From: a virus
Taxonomy: Duplodnaviria > Heunggongvirae > Uroviricota > Caudoviricetes
DNA: 39,436 nucleotides
Direction: 5' to 3' (one strand)
Virus record (IMG/VR): IMGVR_UViG_2537561944_000032
The first letter of the stretch is position 1. Each line of letters opens with the position of its first letter. Under the pieces are notes generated by a model. It ran no database searches, was not told the DNA's origin, and saw only the letters and a list, made by a program, of their open reading frames with translations. This document shows positions 36,700 through 39,436 of the stretch, piece by piece. The position numbers were made by a program, and so were the translations under genes.

Positions 36700-36906
36700 T
36701 CAGGAAGATTTGTTTTGTTCTTTCTGGGTTAGCTCTAGGCCGCGAAGGAAGATCATGCGCGCCATGTTAGAGGATGAGCGTTGTTCTTTAGCTGCCATTT
36801 CATCAATGACGGCTCGCTCCTCGAGGGACAGCCGAAGTGCCAGTCTTGGACCTGTGGCGGTGTTACGCGGAATGCGTGATCTGGTATCGTGAAGAACTTG
36901 TTTCAT
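36700..36906 (-). CDS. ribbon-helix-helix-like small regulator, first gene of early lytic operon (Cro/Apl-like role)
   Basis: 68 aa; RLALRLSLEERAVIDEMAAKEQRSSSNMARMI fits a beta-strand plus two-helix RHH pattern; divergent from the CI-like repressor gene. Confidence 0.5.
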   Translation of the reverse strand: MKQVLHDTRSRIPRNTATGPRLALRLSLEERAVIDEMAAKEQRSSSNMARMIFLRGLELTQKEQNKSS

Positions 36907-36981
36907 AGTGGTATATTGTGATCATCTAATAGCTCGTGAAATCATTTTGGTATCAAAAAAGATACCTGTCAAGGTTTTTGT
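36907..36981. promoter_or_regulatory. divergent promoter/operator region between CI-like repressor and early operon, with palindrome GGTATC-A6-GATACC
   Basis: 75-bp AT-rich spacer between divergent starts; perfect inverted repeat GGTATCaaaaaaGATACC at 36949-36966 and a TGATCA palindrome at 36919-36924. Confidence 0.5.
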
Positions 36982-37386
36982 ATGAAAAATGATATTGGTC
37001 AGCGGTTGCGTGAGGAAAGGGAAAGATTGGGACTTAGTCAAGTTGCCATGAGCGACATTGGTGGAGTCAAAAAGCTAACTCAGCTTAGATATGAGAAAGG
37101 AGATAGCTTTCCTGATGCTGCGTATTTGGCAGCGCTGTCTCGTTTTGGCCTTGATGTTCAGTATGTTGTGTTGGGAATTCACTCACCTGAAACTTATAAC
37201 GATGATGAGCAGGAGTTGATTACTCGCTTTCGAGCAGCTTCGTTAGATGTGAAAAACGCGGTGATCGGGGCTTTAAAAGGTGCGATCAGTGAAAAGGAAA
37301 CTCAGCCATCAGGACGTGAGTTAAATATTTCTGGTGGTAATAACCGTATCGCTGGTCGTGACTATAACGAAACTAAGGGTAGGTGA
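36982..37386 (+). CDS. CI-like repressor, XRE-family helix-turn-helix (134 aa)
   Basis: N-terminal HTH (QRLREERERLGLSQVAMSDIGGVKKLTQLRYEKGDSFPDAAYLAALSRFGLDVQYVVLG); divergent from early operon and on the same strand as int, like P2 C / 186 cI. Confidence 0.75.
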   Translation: MKNDIGQRLREERERLGLSQVAMSDIGGVKKLTQLRYEKGDSFPDAAYLAALSRFGLDVQYVVLGIHSPETYNDDEQELITRFRAASLDVKNAVIGALKGAISEKETQPSGRELNISGGNNRIAGRDYNETKGR

Positions 37387-37401
37387 TAGTAGGGAGGTGA
37401 C

Positions 37402-38052
37402 ATGGCCGTCAACTCAAACGGTTCAAACAATCGCGTTGCTGGGCGTGATTTTCACGAAAAGAATATTCAGATAGAGCGATATGATGGTTCTCATACCGTC
37501 AATATCGCAATCCCTTCGAATAATGATGATGACGATCGCCCTTTGCTTAAGGCTCAGCGTAAGGAGCTAAATAGCTTGGTTGCTGCTATTGCAGAAGCTA
37601 GCAATACTGAAGCGTTTATTATTTGGCAAAAAGTACATGCGGAGATTGGTGTAGCTGGTATTGATGATATGACAGTAAATCAATATAAAACAGCGGAGAG
37701 TTTTCTGCATGCAATGCTTGAGCGATGTAAAGATCATGATGCCTGTAAGACTCTTGTAAGTTTATTACTACGTAACAGTGAAGACTGTGGACTTCGACAA
37801 AAACTTCTGCGGTATTGCCATATCAATTTCGGTACAGGACGTTTAAACGATCTTACTCGTTCTCAGTTACAGTCTGCATTGTCGTGGTTAGAGCAACAAT
37901 CGGCATCAAGTCACACAGAGAGTTCGGCCTTACCAGAAGTTCGACTTCGTGCTTCAGAATTAATCCGACTTTATCCAAAAGAAATAATATTCTTTATCTG
38001 CGTAGGGGTTTTGGTAGGCGGTGCCATTTCTAGGGTGTTTTTTAATTTGTAA
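37402..38052 (+). CDS. hypothetical protein with C-terminal transmembrane anchor (216 aa); lysogeny-operon cargo
   Basis: In the same frame as the repressor ORF, separated by TGA-TAG-TAG and a GGGAGGTGA RBS; N-terminus repeats the repressor C-terminal motif (SNNRVAGRDFHE versus GNNRIAGRDYNE); C-terminal hydrophobic helix IIFFICVGVLVGGAISRVFF. Confidence 0.55.
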   Translation: MAVNSNGSNNRVAGRDFHEKNIQIERYDGSHTVNIAIPSNNDDDDRPLLKAQRKELNSLVAAIAEASNTEAFIIWQKVHAEIGVAGIDDMTVNQYKTAESFLHAMLERCKDHDACKTLVSLLLRNSEDCGLRQKLLRYCHINFGTGRLNDLTRSQLQSALSWLEQQSASSHTESSALPEVRLRASELIRLYPKEIIFFICVGVLVGGAISRVFFNL

Positions 38053-38081
38053 TCTTACTTGAGCTAAATTGAGGTAATGAT

Positions 38082-38429
38082 ATGAAAGTAAAAAAGGTTC
38101 AACTATTAGTTACTTTTTTATCTATGTTTTCTTTTTCCGCCGTCGCAATGCCTTTTAAAACTATTGAACGTGAGAGTTTCAATGGGGTATGGCCATTTAA
38201 TACTGATGAGGTTCAATTACAGTGTCTTGATGGTAATCCTTATGTGATGAATTTTGACGATAATAAGTTATATGCGCTTACAGGTTTAGCTCGAATAAAA
38301 GGTAAAACATTTGGTGCGTTACCGTTAGATAACAATAATCCATTTTGGCTAGATAATGATGCCGCCCCAGGGTTAAAAAAGAGTCTGGGGGATGTCACTA
38401 AGGCTGCATTTGATTTATGTGATAAGTAA
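38082..38429 (+). CDS. small secreted/periplasmic protein (signal peptide; possibly DUF2511/YebY-like), 115 aa
   Basis: Classical signal peptide MKVKKVQLLVTFLSMFSFSAVA; two Cys (possible disulfide); located between repressor module and int. Confidence 0.55.
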   Translation: MKVKKVQLLVTFLSMFSFSAVAMPFKTIERESFNGVWPFNTDEVQLQCLDGNPYVMNFDDNKLYALTGLARIKGKTFGALPLDNNNPFWLDNDAAPGLKKSLGDVTKAAFDLCDK

Positions 38430-38434
38430 CTAAA

Positions 38435-39436
38435 ATGTCGGTTCGTAAGATTCCATCAGGTAAATGGCTTTGCGAATGTTATCCCTACGGGGCATCGGGA
38501 AAACGCATTCGTAAACAGTTTGCGACAAAAAGTGAGGCGCTCTCTTATGAGCGCCGTTTAATGAATAGTAGAGTTGGAGACGAGTTTCAAGATGGTTCTG
38601 GTCCTCGTCTTTCTGAGTTGATTGCTCGTTGGTTTGAGATGTACGGTAAAACCTTGTCCTCTGGTGCAGAGCGCAAAGTCAAACTTGAGGCGATTTGTTC
38701 CAGGCTGGGGGATCCATTTGCTTCTCAGTTTGACAAAAATATGTTTGCTACTTATCGGGAAAGAAGGCTATCAGGAGAATGGAATCCCAAGGGGAAGAAA
38801 AAACTTAGTGAAGCAACCGTTAATCGCGAGCAGTCATATCTACATGCTGTTTTTGCCGAACTGAAGCGCCTTGGGGAGTGGTCTGGTGAAAACCCCCTGA
38901 CTGGTATTCGCAAGTTTCGTGAGGAAGAAAAGGAACTGGCGTTTCTGTATGTAGATGAGATTGAACGCCTTCTGATTGCGTGTGATGAGTCACGGAATAA
39001 AGATTTGGGGGTTGTTGTCCGTATTGGGCTTGCGACTGGTGCTCGGTGGAGTGAAGCTGAAGGATTAAAGCAATCTCAAGTACTGCCCGGTCGAATCACA
39101 TTTGTTAAAACTAAAGGAAAGAAGAACCGCACTGTACCGATTTCACCTCAATTGCAGGCTATGCTTCCTCAAAAACGAGGAGCGCTATTTTCACCATGTT
39201 ATGAGGCTTTTGACGCTGCAATTAAGAGAGCGAAGATCGAGCTTCCTGATGGGCAATTAACTCATGTGCTACGTCACACGTTTGCCAGTCATTTTATGAT
39301 GCGGGGCGGAAATATTCTTGTGTTGCAAAAAATACTGGGGCATAGCGATATAAAAATGACTATGCGTTATGCGCATTTTGCTCCAGGTCATTTAGAGGCT
39401 GCTGTTGAATTGAACCCTTTTGACAATAGAGGGTAA
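38435..39436 (+). CDS. int: tyrosine-type site-specific integrase (P2 Int-like), 333 aa
   Basis: C-terminal catalytic region with R...HVLRHTFAS...MRYAHF (R-H-R-Y signature); ORF ends at the last base of the window, so the adjacent att site is not visible. Confidence 0.9.
   Translation: MSVRKIPSGKWLCECYPYGASGKRIRKQFATKSEALSYERRLMNSRVGDEFQDGSGPRLSELIARWFEMYGKTLSSGAERKVKLEAICSRLGDPFASQFDKNMFATYRERRLSGEWNPKGKKKLSEATVNREQSYLHAVFAELKRLGEWSGENPLTGIRKFREEEKELAFLYVDEIERLLIACDESRNKDLGVVVRIGLATGARWSEAEGLKQSQVLPGRITFVKTKGKKNRTVPISPQLQAMLPQKRGALFSPCYEAFDAAIKRAKIELPDGQLTHVLRHTFASHFMMRGGNILVLQKILGHSDIKMTMRYAHFAPGHLEAAVELNPFDNRG

Overview
This window holds the chromosomal pgsA-glyW-cysT-leuZ locus (1..1075) followed by most of a P2/186-like (Peduovirus-type) myovirus prophage, running from ogr (~2343) to a tyrosine integrase that ends at the window edge (39436). 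All homology calls are from reading the translations against remembered P2, R1 and Hok sequences; no database search was run.

The prophage backbone is nearly complete and in P2 order: ogr, D, FI-FII-E/E'-T-U, G-H-I-J-W-V-S-R, a lysis cassette, X-L-M-N-O, P-Q, replication initiator A, an early operon, a CI-like repressor and int.

It shows several signs of decay or rearrangement:
- a 1264-bp IS3-family element inserted in gene D with a 3-bp CAG target duplication;
- homopolymer-associated frameshifts in terminase P, in D, and in one early gene (sequencing error not excluded);
- the FI-U tail block is inverted in place relative to all other late genes.

Cargo sits at several accessory positions, and these are the best candidates for an undescribed system:
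- a ParM/ParR-like partition pair plus an Ea22-like gene at the tin/old position;
- a hexapeptide acetyltransferase at the Z/fun position;
- an AT-rich island encoding a 379-aa SEC-C-motif protein between D and ogr;
- a DUF1737/SGNH (NanS-p-like) esterase inside the late operon;
- a two-gene module between the repressor and int;
- a Hok-like toxin gene beside ogr.
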